64,000 nt of DNA from Candidatus Limnocylindria bacterium (GCA_038207785.1 JBBQZK010000004.1:3095-67094); one strand, 5' to 3'; numbered from the stretch's first letter, positions 1 to 10,132 are shown. Numbers and translations are program-made. The notes: generated by a model from the sequence alone, not told the origin.

Positions 1-687
1 CAGCACGAGGGCGGCGACGATCTGCTGGCTCAGGTTCATCGCGATGACCGGCACCAGGTGCGGTAGCTGGTGACGCCAGAGCAGCCGCCATCGCGTCACT
101 CCGATCGCCTGGGCGCCTTCTGCAAACGGCGCCCGAGCGAGCCGATCGAGCTCCGCGCGGATGACCCGGTACGGACCAGCCCATCCCATGAGCAGCAGCG
201 CGCCGATCAGCACCAGGACGCTGGTGTCGGTCTTCACGAAGGCCCTGATCAGGACGAGCGCGACCAGCGTCGCCGGGACCGCCGTAACCAGCTCCGCCAC
301 CGTTTCCGTGACGAGACCGAGCGGCCGCCAGAGGCTACCGGCGGCCGCGATGAGGACGCCGGCAAGCACCCGGGCAAGGCCAGCGAGCAGGACGATCGTC
401 AGCGTCGCCTGGGCGCCGGCAAGCACGAGGCTGAACAGGTCGCGGCCGAGCGGGTCGGATCCGAACGGAAATACCACGCCCGGGTCGTACGGACGTGGAT
501 CGCTGCCGTGCTCCACCAGAAAGTAGATCGGTTCGTAGGGCGCGACGCGACCGCCGAACAGCGCCACGCCGACCAGGGCGATGAGCGCCACGAGCGCGAT
601 CACGGTTCCGGCATCGGGCTGCGGGTGCCAGCGCTGACGAGCGGCGTCAGGCGTCCACGGCCTCTCGATCGTGTGGCCGGCGTTCAT
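1..687 (-). CDS. ABC transporter permease, OppC/DppC family (partial; C-terminus lies beyond the window start)
   Basis: Reverse-complement translation from the ATG at 687 gives MNAGHTIERPW... with hydrophobic segments and the DppC/OppC N-terminal signature GSDPLGRDLFSLVLAGAQATL. The frame stays open to position 1. It is absent from the ORF track because there is no stop inside the window. The 70..1035 plus-strand ORF is antisense to it. Confidence 0.7.
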   Translation of the reverse strand, partial: MNAGHTIERPWTPDAARQRWHPQPDAGTVIALVALIALVGVALFGGRVAPYEPIYFLVEHGSDPRPYDPGVVFPFGSDPLGRDLFSLVLAGAQATLTIVLLAGLARVLAGVLIAAAGSLWRPLGLVTETVAELVTAVPATLVALVLIRAFVKTDTSVLVLIGALLLMGWAGPYRVIRAELDRLARAPFAEGAQAIGVTRWRLLWRHQLPHLVPVIAMNLSQQIVAALVL

Positions 688-938
688 ACCGTCACCAGGC
701 GCATCGAACGTCTAGGCATCGATGAGACGGGTACCCACAGCACAGGCTCAGTGTTCATCGAAAACGCTGGGTACGAACAAAGCCCCAGTGGGGAATGCCG
801 GGTTCGGGAGTCCGGACCGCTCGCCGCTGTATGCCTGCCGTCCAAAGCGAACTCGGTGCGCTTTGCAGTGGGTGTTGGTCCTGCGTCGGCGGCGCCGGCT
901 TCGCCCGCCGTGTTCCGGAACGTCATCGACCGGCGGGG

Positions 939-1247
939 TCAGGTCGCGCCGAGGAGCTCCTCGCACGCGAGGCGCACCGCTTCAGGCGATGCCTCGAGCC
1001 TGCCGATCACCATCGTCATGCAGTCGAACAGATGATCCTCGCCTGGGCGCGGGAGCGCGCCGTCATCGCGGCGGAAGGACTCGCGGGCGTCGTCGAAGGC
1101 GTGCGTCGCCGCCTCCCGGTAGTTGTACTGACGCTCGTCGTTGAGCCGCAGGATGTGCGCGGCGAAGGCGCGCGCGACGGCTTCGCGCGACGGCTCCAGC
1201 GGTTCGTCGGCCATCTCGTTCTGTTGATCCGCGAAGGGCGACGGCAT
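939..1247 (-). CDS. Hypothetical small protein (102 aa)
   Basis: C-terminal 102 codons of listed ORF 939..1436, starting at the internal ATG (MPSPFADQQNEMADEP...), which is preceded by GGAGGTG. The composition looks protein-like and non-repetitive. Divergent from the glycosyltransferase gene. Confidence 0.4.
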   Translation of the reverse strand: MPSPFADQQNEMADEPLEPSREAVARAFAAHILRLNDERQYNYREAATHAFDDARESFRRDDGALPRPGEDHLFDCMTMVIGRLEASPEAVRLACEELLGAT

Positions 1248-1281
1248 CACACCTCCATGGGCTGCCCTATCGGCACTTCCC

Positions 1282-3048
1282 TTGCAACCTGCAAGCCGGA
1301 TGCTGTTCCCGACCGCGCTCCAACGCGGCGTCGCCATGCCCGCCAGGCTCGGATTACGAGGGGTCACGGTGCCTCGATGGGCCCTTCTCGTCCTCGGCAT
1401 CGGGGTATTGGCCGCCATCCCGCACGCCATCAACATGTGGGCCTACCCGGCCTTCACGATCGCGGACGACGAAGGTATCTACGCCAGCCAGGCGGTCGAA
1501 TGGCTGCGCACCGGGGCCCTCGCTCCGTACACGTACACATATGACCACGCGCCGGCCGGCTGGATCCAGATCGCGCTGTTCTACGTCCTCACGGGTGGCG
1601 CCGCGACCTTCGGTACGCCCGTCGATGGCGCTCGAGTGCTGATGCTGCTGTTCCACATTGGCAGCGCGCTGCTCCTGTACCGCCTCGCCCGCCGCCTGGG
1701 TGGATCGGCGCTCGCCGCGGTCCTCGCGGTGGTCCTGTTCAGCGTGTCGCCGCTCGCGGTCTTCTATCAGCGGATGGTGCTGCTCGACAACATCATGATG
1801 TTCTGGCTCCTGCTCAGTCTCGTGCTCACGCTCGATGCGCGGTCACGGGCCTGGCTCGCCGCGAGCGGACTCGCGTTCGGTGTGGCCCTGCTGTCCAAGG
1901 AGTTCGCCGCGCTGCTCGCGCCGATCCTGCTCGTCCTCGCGTGGCGGCGAGGCGGCTGGCGCGGCCTGCTCGCGTGGACGGGCGCCGTCGTGCTCGTGGT
2001 GCTGCCCTACCCGCTGTACGCCCTGTCGCGCGGCGAGCTGTTCCCGGTGACCGATCCGTACCTGCCGTACGTGGTGGACAACGACTCCGCGGCCCGGCCG
2101 TCGCTCATCAGCACCTTGCTGTGGCAGCTGACGCGCTCCGGTGGTGGTCCGTTCTCGCTGACGAACAATTTCTTCTGGTATCTCCGCAACGACTGGCTGT
2201 GGCGCGACGCGGTGCTGCTCGTCATCGGCTTGGCCGCGATCTTCGTGAATACGTGGCGGGCGCGCCGGCGGCCGGGGCTGCGCATCGCCGCCGCGATCGG
2301 CCTGATCACGTGCCTGTATCTCGCGCGTGGCGGCATCGTGTTCGGCTTCTACATCGTGTTCGCGGTCCCGTTCCTCGCGTTGAATGTCGCGCTCGTCCTC
2401 GACCCGGTGTTCGCGCGCATCGGTCCGCGGCGCGCGATGCGGCTCAGTGGATCGCTGCTCGTCCTGCTCCTCGGCACGTACTGGTGGAGTGGGACGCTGC
2501 AGCCGCTCTACACCCAGCGGCCCGACGGACCCGGCCGCGAGGCCGCGTCGTGGATCAAGACGTATGTGCCGCCGACCGCGACCATTGTCGGGCGTGACGA
2601 CCTGCTCGCGTATCTGCGCGAGCCGATCGACGGTCCGGCGTTCGACGGATTCCAGGTCCACTGGAAGGTGGCGCACGATCCGAGCGTTCGCCGCGAGCTC
2701 GGCTACGACTGGTCGCGGATCGATTACCTCGTGATCGATCCGCACGAGCTCGACGACCTCGCCGGCACGGACAACAGGCTCGCCCTTGCGGCGCTGGCGC
2801 ATGCCCACGTGGTCGCGGAGTGGACGTTCGTGAACCCGGGCATCGGCAATCTGCACTGGGACCAGCGGATCCAGATCTGGGAGGCCGACCGGCTGCGGGA
2901 TCCGAACCTCGCGGCGTTCAGCGCATGGAGCTTCCACGGGCGCGATCAGGTCTGCGGGCCGCGCGTCGCCTCATGCGATGAGATCGTGATCGCGCGCCAG
3001 CCCTACGCGACGGCGGCCGCCCGGCCTGGAGCGATCGTCGAGCGCTGA
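1282..3048 (+). CDS. Glycosyltransferase family 39 (PMT/ArnT-like, phospholipid-carrier-dependent) integral membrane protein
   Basis: 588-aa ORF with about 10 predicted TM helices and N-terminal GT39-type motifs (YPAFTIADDEGIYASQAVEWL, LSKEFAAL). The listed start is TTG; the ATG at 1336 (MPARLGLRG...) is an alternative. Confidence 0.7.
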   Translation: MQPASRMLFPTALQRGVAMPARLGLRGVTVPRWALLVLGIGVLAAIPHAINMWAYPAFTIADDEGIYASQAVEWLRTGALAPYTYTYDHAPAGWIQIALFYVLTGGAATFGTPVDGARVLMLLFHIGSALLLYRLARRLGGSALAAVLAVVLFSVSPLAVFYQRMVLLDNIMMFWLLLSLVLTLDARSRAWLAASGLAFGVALLSKEFAALLAPILLVLAWRRGGWRGLLAWTGAVVLVVLPYPLYALSRGELFPVTDPYLPYVVDNDSAARPSLISTLLWQLTRSGGGPFSLTNNFFWYLRNDWLWRDAVLLVIGLAAIFVNTWRARRRPGLRIAAAIGLITCLYLARGGIVFGFYIVFAVPFLALNVALVLDPVFARIGPRRAMRLSGSLLVLLLGTYWWSGTLQPLYTQRPDGPGREAASWIKTYVPPTATIVGRDDLLAYLREPIDGPAFDGFQVHWKVAHDPSVRRELGYDWSRIDYLVIDPHELDDLAGTDNRLALAALAHAHVVAEWTFVNPGIGNLHWDQRIQIWEADRLRDPNLAAFSAWSFHGRDQVCGPRVASCDEIVIARQPYATAAARPGAIVER

Positions 3049-3084
3049 GCCCCGGTCAGTACTGGTCAGGCCTCAGCACCCGCG

Positions 3085-4275
3085 TCACCCGAGCGCGCCC
3101 TGGGCCGCGGTCGCGGCCGAGCGCAACCGCTGCATATCGGCGGGGCTGAGCCGGACGGCGTTCCGATAGAAGAGCGCGAGCACGCCGACGGGCGTGCCTG
3201 CCGAGAGGATCGGGACGAATGCCGCGGAGCGCGCGCCGGCCACCAGGTCACCGCCGGCGTCGACGGTCACGATGCCCGTGCCCCGCACCGCGCGTGCAAC
3301 GGCGGGCACCCCGAGGAACGGGCGGTCCGCAGTCTGGTCCGCGGTCCCGGCCGTGCCGGCGATCCGCAGCCGTCCGGCACCCGAGAGCCCGAACAGCATC
3401 ACCCCGTCAGCCGCCAGCGCAGGGCGCATCCGTCGTGCGAAGTCATCTCCGACCGCGTGCGCACGGACGGTGTCCCGGAGGAGCGCATCGGCTCGCCGGT
3501 CACGCACGATCGGTGCGCGAAGGAAGCCTGCAACGACGCCGACGAGCACGAGCACCGCCGCTGCAACGGCATTCCCTCCGGTGCGCAGCTCCGTCGCGTC
3601 CACCGGATGCCCGGTGATCGTCCAGAGCGCCAACGTGATCGCGCCCACCAGGGCCGCGGCGACGGCCCCGAGCGCCGGACCGAGCAGGAACCCCGCGGCA
3701 CCGACGCTCGCGATGCCCAGCGCCGCAGCGCCCGCGGCGATGCGCGGCTCCCCGACCAGATATGCGACCACGTACGAGACCACCGCTGCGAGCAGCAAAG
3801 CGATATCGCGGGCGGGTATCGCCCGGGACCGACCCTGCAGCCGCGCGAAGCTGGAAAGATGCACGGTCGTGGACGTCTGACCGCGGCGCAGCTCGCGCAG
3901 CGTGTCGAGCAGCCGCGCCTGGCTCCCGTCCTTGCTCACGACCGCGGTTGCCCCGAGTCGATAGGCCTCCTCGGAGATCGACGGCGACATCGAGAACACG
4001 ACGACGATCGTGTCCGGAAGCGCGGATCGGAGCACGGGCAGCACCTCGAGCCCTCGGCGGCCGGGCATCTCGTTGTCCAGCAGGATGAGATCGGGTCGCA
4101 ACGCCAACGCGAGATGCACTCCCTCGTAGGCGGTCGCGGCCTCGCCGACGGTACGCAGGCTCGCGTCGGTCTCGACGAGCGTGCGAAGCCCGTCGCGCAC
4201 CGCGCTGCTGTCGTCGATGATCAGCACGGAGCTCGCGACCGCCGCCGCTGCTCCATCGCGTTCATCCGCCATCAT
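3085..4275 (-). CDS. Response-regulator receiver domain protein with membrane segments and a C-terminal GAF-like domain
   Basis: Internal start MMADERDG at 4275, found by residue count in ORF 3085..4944. Receiver motifs are present (VLIIDDSSAVRDGL...LILLDNEMPGRRGLEVL...VVVFSMS), followed by hydrophobic helices and a GAF-like C-terminus. The upstream 5' part of the listed ORF is Arg/Asp-rich GC-artefact sequence. Confidence 0.6.
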   Translation of the reverse strand: MMADERDGAAAAVASSVLIIDDSSAVRDGLRTLVETDASLRTVGEAATAYEGVHLALALRPDLILLDNEMPGRRGLEVLPVLRSALPDTIVVVFSMSPSISEEAYRLGATAVVSKDGSQARLLDTLRELRRGQTSTTVHLSSFARLQGRSRAIPARDIALLLAAVVSYVVAYLVGEPRIAAGAAALGIASVGAAGFLLGPALGAVAAALVGAITLALWTITGHPVDATELRTGGNAVAAAVLVLVGVVAGFLRAPIVRDRRADALLRDTVRAHAVGDDFARRMRPALAADGVMLFGLSGAGRLRIAGTAGTADQTADRPFLGVPAVARAVRGTGIVTVDAGGDLVAGARSAAFVPILSAGTPVGVLALFYRNAVRLSPADMQRLRSAATAAQGALG

Positions 4276-4278
4276 CAG

Positions 4279-5553
4279 ATGATGGCATCGTCCGGCGCAT
4301 CTGCGGGCTGGGACCGTGACTTCGTGAAGCTCTGGTCGGGCTTCACGATCGCGGTCGTCGGCAGCCAGGTCACCGTCCTCGCGCTCCCACTGACCGCGGT
4401 GCTCGTGCTGGGCGCCGGGGCGACCGAGACCGGACTGCTGGTGGCGTTCCGGATGGCGCCCGCGCTCGTCATCGGCCTGTTCATCGGTGCGTGGGTCGAC
4501 CGGCTGCCGAGAAAGCCCATTCTTGTCGCATCGGATATCGGCAGCGCGATCGCGATCGGGTCGATCCCGATCGCCGCCGCGGCCGGGGGCCTGGGCATGA
4601 CCCAGCTGTACATCGTCGCGTTCCTCGCCGGATCGTTCGCGGTGGCGACGGAGCTCGCGCGCTCGGCGCTCGTTCCGACACTGGTCGGACGGGCTCGGCT
4701 CATTTCTGCCAACAGCCGGCTGCAGGCCTCGAGCGCCGTCGCGCAGGTCGCCGGCCCTTCTCTTGGCGGGATCCTCGTGCAGCTGCTCAGCGCGCCGACG
4801 GCGATGGCCTTCGATGCGGTGAGCTTCCTTGTCTCCGCGACCCTGCTCGCGCGGATCCGAGCCACCGAGATCGTCCCTCCGCGCGCGCCCGACCAGCGGA
4901 TCTGGCACGAGATCGTCGAAGGCGCGCGGTGGATGCGCGACCACGAGATCGTCTTCCGCTGCGTGATCGCGATCGCGCTCGCGAACGTCGAATGGTTCGC
5001 GGTGCAGGCCATCCTCGTCGTGTACGCGACCCGCGAGCTCGGTCTGTCCCCCGCGCTCCTCGGGCTCTCCCTCGCGGCCATCGGTCCGTTGAGCCTCGTG
5101 GGGGCCGCGATGGCCGGACCGCTCACTCGCCGCTGGGGCCTCGGCCCCGTGATGATCGCGGCGCTCCTGCTCGAGACGGCCAGCCGGCTGGTCCTCCCGT
5201 TCGCGGCAGGCCCGCCACTCGAGGCCGCGGCCGTCGTCATGGCATCACAGGCCCTCCTCGGTCTCACCGTGCCGTTGTGGACGGTGAGCTCGAACAGTCT
5301 GCAGCAGGCCGTCACGCCCGAGCGCCTCCTCGGGCGGGTGACTGCGGCGACGCGGTTCATCTCGTTCGGCGTGGCTCCGCCCGCGGCGTTCGGCGCGGGC
5401 GTGCTGGCCGATCACATCGGTCTGCGTCCGACCCTGTTCCTCTCCGCGCTGATCGCCGCCCTCGCGTTCCTCTATCTGTTCGCCTCGCCCGTACGGCGGT
5501 TCCGCCAGGTCGGACCGCACGCTGGTCAGGCGGTGCCACGCGCGGCAAGGTGA
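4279..5553 (+). CDS. MFS transporter
   Basis: 3' part of ORF 3457..5553 starting MMASSGASAGWDRDFVKLWSGF, with 12 predicted TM helices and MFS-like loop motifs. It is divergent from the receiver gene with only about 3 nt between the candidate starts, so one of the two starts may lie further in (for example the GTG at about 4324). Confidence 0.7.
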   Translation: MMASSGASAGWDRDFVKLWSGFTIAVVGSQVTVLALPLTAVLVLGAGATETGLLVAFRMAPALVIGLFIGAWVDRLPRKPILVASDIGSAIAIGSIPIAAAAGGLGMTQLYIVAFLAGSFAVATELARSALVPTLVGRARLISANSRLQASSAVAQVAGPSLGGILVQLLSAPTAMAFDAVSFLVSATLLARIRATEIVPPRAPDQRIWHEIVEGARWMRDHEIVFRCVIAIALANVEWFAVQAILVVYATRELGLSPALLGLSLAAIGPLSLVGAAMAGPLTRRWGLGPVMIAALLLETASRLVLPFAAGPPLEAAAVVMASQALLGLTVPLWTVSSNSLQQAVTPERLLGRVTAATRFISFGVAPPAAFGAGVLADHIGLRPTLFLSALIAALAFLYLFASPVRRFRQVGPHAGQAVPRAAR

Positions 5554-6656
5554 AGCCCGCCGAGCACGAGGGCGAGAGCCGAGAGGCACGGCCCGAGCGC
5601 AGCGACGCCGCTCGATTGCATGACCACGCCGATCGCAGCCGGCAGCACCGCACCGCCGACCATGCCCGCCGCGACCTGATAGCCGATCGCCCGCGGCGCG
5701 GCGGCGCGGCCGACGCGACCCGGCGTGAGATACAGGAGGAGCGGCACGAACACGGACAGCGAGATGCCGATGGCGGGGAGCGCGACCAGCGCTGCGACCG
5801 GTGGCGGCAGGAGCCAGAACGCGACCGCGCTCACGAGCGCCCCGCCGACGCTGACATCGAACAGACGCGTCGCACCCGCGCGCTCGCCGAACAGCGCGAG
5901 CCCGATGCGGCCGGCCGCGAGCGCCGACCAGTACAAGAACACCGCGAGGCCGGCGATCGCGTCGGTGAGCGCGCCATCCACGGTCAGCCGCGTGAAGCTC
6001 CATTGCCCGGCACCAAGCTCGATCCCGACATACACGAACAGCAGTGCGGCGCCCGTGACGATGGTGCGCCCGGCGCTCCCTATCGCCGTCGGCGCGTCGT
6101 CGCGTTCAGGCGCGGACCCGAGCTCGGCTCGCGTCATATAGGTGGCTACGGCGAGCACGACAAATGCACCGGCGGCCACGGCGTACCCGACGCGCCAGGA
6201 CCCCGTGGCGACGAGCACGGTGCCGATGAGCACCGGGCCGAGCGTCGCGCCCAGCGCCCACGATGCGTGCAGTGCGCCCATGAATCGCACGCCGCGTTTC
6301 AGCGCCGCCTCCATGTTGACGGCGGCGTCGAGGAGACCGAGACCCGCGCCGAGGATCGCGGCCGCCGCGATCATCACGGGCCACGTGGCCGCGAGCGCGA
6401 ACAGCGCAAGGCCGCCCGCCGCGATGACGGTGGGAACGAGAAGGAGCGCGGTGGTTCCGAACCGCTCGCGCATCAGCCCCGACAGGCCGCTCGAGCCGAA
6501 CTGGGTCACAGTCATCGCAGCGAGCAGAACACCGAGCCCGGCGAGCGGGGCATCGAGCGCGGCCCGCATCGACGGCCACGCGATCCCGAGCATGCCGGTC
6601 GGCAGCCCGAGCACGATGAACCCGCTGAACGCGACCGCAGCGGTGCGCATGCGCAT
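5526..6656 (-). CDS. MFS transporter
   Basis: 376-aa ORF with 12 TM helices and typical MFS glycine-rich helices. Convergent with the preceding gene, with a 28-nt overlap. Confidence 0.75.
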   Translation of the reverse strand: MRMRTAAVAFSGFIVLGLPTGMLGIAWPSMRAALDAPLAGLGVLLAAMTVTQFGSSGLSGLMRERFGTTALLLVPTVIAAGGLALFALAATWPVMIAAAAILGAGLGLLDAAVNMEAALKRGVRFMGALHASWALGATLGPVLIGTVLVATGSWRVGYAVAAGAFVVLAVATYMTRAELGSAPERDDAPTAIGSAGRTIVTGAALLFVYVGIELGAGQWSFTRLTVDGALTDAIAGLAVFLYWSALAAGRIGLALFGERAGATRLFDVSVGGALVSAVAFWLLPPPVAALVALPAIGISLSVFVPLLLYLTPGRVGRAAAPRAIGYQVAAGMVGGAVLPAAIGVVMQSSGVAALGPCLSALALVLGGLHLAARGTA

Positions 6657-6750
6657 ATGACGCGAGGGTAGGCTCGTTCGGCGATCGAGCGACCGAGGGC
6701 TGGATGACTAGAGGCGTGTCGGAACGCGACGTGCGAGCGTTAGAACCTGC

Positions 6751-7665
6751 ATGCCCCCAGTGATGCGTGCTCTGTCCGTCTCACTCGTCGCGGCGCTGAT
6801 GGTCGCGTGCGTGCCGGAAGCCGTCACGCGCGCCGAAACGCCGAGTGCGACCATCCGGTACACGCCGGTCCCGACGCTGAGCCGCTCGCCGGCCCCGACG
6901 GCGACGCCGGCCCCGACGCCCAACTGGAGCGAGCCGCCGGTCATCGCGAATGACGCGACGTCGCTCGCCGCGCAGCTGGTGATGGTCGAAGCGCTGATCC
7001 ACGATCCGAACGCGACGGCCGCGCAGATCGCGTGGGCCGGCCACGCGGAACAGCTCGACATCGCTCGCCTGGCCGACTACCCCGAATGGACGGATCAGGT
7101 CCTTGCCGCGCTGCCTCCGACGCCGAAGGCCACCATCTCCGGGGCGATCGAGGCCGGCAAGCAGCTCCGGCAGCTGCACGCGGGACCCATCCCCAAGAAC
7201 CTGCCCGACTGGCACATCGTGCAGCCGCCTCCGATCGAGGAGCTGATGTCCTATTACAAGGAAGCGGAAGCGACCTTCGGGGTGCCGTGGTACTTCCTCG
7301 CGTCGATCAACCTCATCGAGACCCGCATGGGGCGGATCCGCGGCGATTCATCCGCCGGTGCGCAGGGTCCGATGCAGTTCATCCCCTCGACCTGGGCCGC
7401 GTACGGCGCGGGCGGTGACGTGAACAGCTACCACGATTCGATCCTCGCGGCGGCGCGGTACCTCAAGGCCGCGGGTGCGCCCGGCGACATGGATAGAGCG
7501 ATCTTCGCCTACAACCACTCGGCGTTCTACGTGAACGCGGTCAAGGGCTACGGCGAGGCGATGCACGCGGATCCGCTCGCGTACCGCGGCTTCTACGGCT
7601 GGCAGGTGTACTACCCCACACCGGATGGGCCCATCCTCATGCCGCCGGGCTGGACGAAGCCTTAG
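6751..7665 (+). CDS. Secreted lytic transglycosylase domain protein
   Basis: N-terminal signal peptide (MPPVMRALSVSLVAALMVACVPEAV) and a Pro/Thr-rich linker. The C-terminal SLT-like catalytic region reads VPWYFLASINLIETRMGRIRGDSSAGAQGPMQFIPSTWAAYG. Confidence 0.7.
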   Translation: MPPVMRALSVSLVAALMVACVPEAVTRAETPSATIRYTPVPTLSRSPAPTATPAPTPNWSEPPVIANDATSLAAQLVMVEALIHDPNATAAQIAWAGHAEQLDIARLADYPEWTDQVLAALPPTPKATISGAIEAGKQLRQLHAGPIPKNLPDWHIVQPPPIEELMSYYKEAEATFGVPWYFLASINLIETRMGRIRGDSSAGAQGPMQFIPSTWAAYGAGGDVNSYHDSILAAARYLKAAGAPGDMDRAIFAYNHSAFYVNAVKGYGEAMHADPLAYRGFYGWQVYYPTPDGPILMPPGWTKP

Positions 7666-7701
7666 TCGGAACCGGACCGGTCGATCGAGCGTTAGTTCCG
7701 T

Positions 7702-8091
7702 ATGCGACATGCCGCCGCCATCCTCGCGGTCGCCCTCTGCGTGTCGTGCGGGAGCGCCGGCGGATCGCCGTCCTCGTTGCCCACACCGATCCCTGGCGCG
7801 CTCGTGATCACGCGCGCGAGCGATCATGTCACGGTCCACGCGAGGGTCGGGGACACGATCCAGGTCGGGCTCGGCGGGGACTACGACTGGCACCTCGACC
7901 CACCGGATGGCGTCGTGCTCGTGCAGGGCGTGCAGCGGTACCTCCTGGTGCGGGGCACGCAGGCGATCTGGACGGCCGCCGCCCCCGGCACCTCCACGGT
8001 CACCGCGACCGGATCGGTCATCTGCGCGAGCGGCCAGGCCTGCATCCTCCTGGCCCTCCTGTTCACGACGACGGTGGTCGTCGCGCCCTAG
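7702..8091 (+). CDS. Hypothetical secreted/lipo-protein (129 aa)
   Basis: Signal peptide with Cys residues (MRHAAAILAVALCVSCGSAGG), followed by a beta-rich domain. No recognisable family. Confidence 0.45.
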   Translation: MRHAAAILAVALCVSCGSAGGSPSSLPTPIPGALVITRASDHVTVHARVGDTIQVGLGGDYDWHLDPPDGVVLVQGVQRYLLVRGTQAIWTAAAPGTSTVTATGSVICASGQACILLALLFTTTVVVAP

Positions 8092-8126
8092 CCCGTCGGC
8101 GTCGACTCGCCCTCTATCGTCGGCCC

Positions 8127-8690
8127 GTGGCCGAACGCTGCGACTGGGCCGATTCGAGCCCGGCGATGCGCGCCTATCACGACCGCGAGTGGGGCCGGAT
8201 GGTGCGGGGCGACGCGGCGCTGTTCGAGCGCATCACGCTCGAGGGCGCGCAGGCCGGGCTGTCATGGGCGACGATCCTCGCAAAGCGCGGCGCGTATCGG
8301 AAGGCCTTCGCCGGCTTCCGGCCGGAGCGGGTCGCGCGGTTCACCTCGCGCGATGAGCGCCGGCTGCTCGCTGACGCCGGGATCGTTCGCAACCGGGCCA
8401 AGATCCGGTCGGCGATCGCGAACGCGCGGGCCTATCTCGATCTTCGCGATGATGTCGGCAGCGTGACGAATTGGCTCGTCACGTTCGACGACCCGGCGCG
8501 GCTGGCGAAGGAGCTGCGGGCGCGTGGCTTCGCGTTCATCGGCCCGACCATCGCCGAGTCGATCCTGCATGCGACCGGCGTGATCAATGGGCATGTGCCC
8601 GGCTGCGCGCTGGCTAGTCCGCCTCGGCGGCGACTGGTGCGGACGCTGCCCGGGGATGCGGCGCGCGCAAGGCGATCAGGATCGCGCTGA
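8127..8690 (+). CDS. tag: DNA-3-methyladenine glycosylase I
   Basis: GTG start at 8127 gives VAERCDWADSSPAMRAYHDREWG..., the conserved Tag N-terminus (RCxW, YHD.EWG). The whole core is conserved through GPTIAESILHATGVINGHVPGC. The listed ORF 7746..8690 carries an artefactual 5' extension. Confidence 0.8.
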   Translation: MAERCDWADSSPAMRAYHDREWGRMVRGDAALFERITLEGAQAGLSWATILAKRGAYRKAFAGFRPERVARFTSRDERRLLADAGIVRNRAKIRSAIANARAYLDLRDDVGSVTNWLVTFDDPARLAKELRARGFAFIGPTIAESILHATGVINGHVPGCALASPPRRRLVRTLPGDAARARRSGSR

Positions 8691-9504
8691 TCACGATCGC
8701 CGCGCCGGCGTAGGTCAGCGCCGCCGGCTGTTCGCCTTTCACGAGCCCGCCAAGGATCACGGCGATGATCGGGACGGTCACTCCGAGCAGGCTCGCGTTC
8801 GAGACGGACCAGTGGGTCACCAGCCAGGTGAACAGCACGAAGGCGCCCAACGATCCGGCGACCGTCAGGTAGAGGATCGGGATCCACGCCGCCGTGGTCT
8901 GCGGGATCGCGTGCGATTCGCCCAACCCGAGGCTGATGACGAGGCAGACGACCGCACCGGCGGTCGTGCCGATCGCGTTCAGCGGAATGACCTGCTGCTT
9001 CGGCGCCCGCTTGAGCAGCACGTTCGCGAGCGCCGCCGCGCTCGCCGCGCCGAAGACCGTCAGCAACCCCGCGAACGGGACGGACACGCCGAGCTCCCCC
9101 GCGAAGATCACGGCGACGCCGGCGATCGCGATGACCGCCGCGATGAGCTTCCGCGCGACGAGCGGCTCGACACCGAAGGCCGCCGCGAGGAATGCGGTCG
9201 TGAGCGGCACGGTCGCGAAGAGCACCGCTGCGATCCCGCTCGGAACGGTCATCTCGCCGATGTAGAGGAGCGACAGGTTGACGCCAAGGTTGAACACGCC
9301 CCACAGCGCCGCACCGCGGAGGGCCTGACCGCGCGGGAGCGGCATCCGGAACGCGGCGGCGATGCCGAACAGGAGCACCGAGGCGATGGCCAGGCGGATG
9401 GTCGCCGCCCAGACCGGCGGCGTGGCCTCGTTGCCGAAGCGGATCGCCAGGAATGTGCTTCCCCAGATGAGGGCGCAGGCCACGAACGTGATCGCGATGC
9501 GCAT
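8614..9504 (-). CDS. EamA/DMT-family transporter
   Basis: Start at MRIAITFVACALIWGSTFLAIRF (residue 22 of the listed ORF). Ten TM helices and two EamA-like repeats. Its 3' end overlaps tag by 77 nt in convergent orientation. Confidence 0.75.
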   Translation of the reverse strand: MRIAITFVACALIWGSTFLAIRFGNEATPPVWAATIRLAIASVLLFGIAAAFRMPLPRGQALRGAALWGVFNLGVNLSLLYIGEMTVPSGIAAVLFATVPLTTAFLAAAFGVEPLVARKLIAAVIAIAGVAVIFAGELGVSVPFAGLLTVFGAASAAALANVLLKRAPKQQVIPLNAIGTTAGAVVCLVISLGLGESHAIPQTTAAWIPILYLTVAGSLGAFVLFTWLVTHWSVSNASLLGVTVPIIAVILGGLVKGEQPAALTYAGAAIVISAILIALRAPHPRAASAPVAAEAD

Positions 9505-9643
9505 CTTGCTCACGACCCTAGAACGGCCGGGCGTCCCAGGGCGTGAGATGCGACGAACTGTCGCCAACGATGCGAAACGAGGGTGGCGCGGGCCGTTCGG
9601 CTCCCGTATATTTCAGCGACCGAATTATCCGGAAAGGTTACTA
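9505..9643. promoter_or_regulatory. Divergent promoter/operator region between the EamA exporter and the marR-MFS operon
   Basis: 139-nt intergenic spacer containing the only AT-rich stretch nearby (cccgtatatttcagcgaccgaattatccggaaaggttactaATG) and a GGAAAGG RBS for marR. Confidence 0.4.
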
Positions 9644-10132
9644 ATGTCTCCCACGGCGCCCCCAAAAGCCGCCTCGCAGACCGACCTCCGCGCGGCCCGG
9701 CAGCTCCTGGCCCTGTTCCCGGTCATGGGCCAGGTCTGGGCCACGGCCGTCCGCGAGGGCGGCGGCGGATCGCTCGGCCGGTTCAAGACCCTGGGCATCC
9801 TCAGCACCCGCGGCCCGATCCGGGCCGGCGAGCTCGCCTCCCTGTGCGGCACCACACCGTCGGCGATGACCGACGTGATCGAGGGCCTCGTGGCCGACGG
9901 GCACGTGCGGCGCATCGATGACCCGAGCGACCGCCGCGCGGTCGTCGTCGAGCTGACCGACAAAGGTCACGCCGAGCGCGAGCGCGTCGGTGAGCTCATG
10001 ACCGCGGCGATGGTCCGGGTCTTCGACGGCGTGGGCGCCGAGCAGAAGACCCGGCTGCGCGCGGCGATCGCGGACTTGAACGAGATCCTCGTGTCCCCAA
10101 CCGCGTCAAAGGAGACTCGCATTGTCAGGTGA
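9644..10132 (+). CDS. MarR-family transcriptional regulator
   Basis: 163-aa product with a winged-helix region (ILSTRGPIRAGELASLCGTTPSAMTDVIEGLVADGHVRRIDDPSDRRAVVVELTDKG). ATG at 9644 by residue count. Its stop overlaps the downstream MFS start. Confidence 0.8.
   Translation: MSPTAPPKAASQTDLRAARQLLALFPVMGQVWATAVREGGGGSLGRFKTLGILSTRGPIRAGELASLCGTTPSAMTDVIEGLVADGHVRRIDDPSDRRAVVVELTDKGHAERERVGELMTAAMVRVFDGVGAEQKTRLRAAIADLNEILVSPTASKETRIVR

Noticed and set aside
70-1035. 321-aa plus-strand ORF (and nested ORFs 161..526, 722..1144, 795..1544)
   Set aside because: Arg/Asp/Gly-rich low-complexity translations typical of GC-rich antisense frames. The region is better explained by the minus-strand OppC-like permease (1-687) and the 102-aa minus-strand ORF.
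3194-3880. Plus-strand ORFs 3194..3880, 3219..3617 and 3762..4088, and minus ORF 4275..5360
   Set aside because: They are antisense to the receiver/GAF gene or the MFS gene. Their Ala/Arg/Pro/Ser-rich translations lack domains and are GC artefacts.
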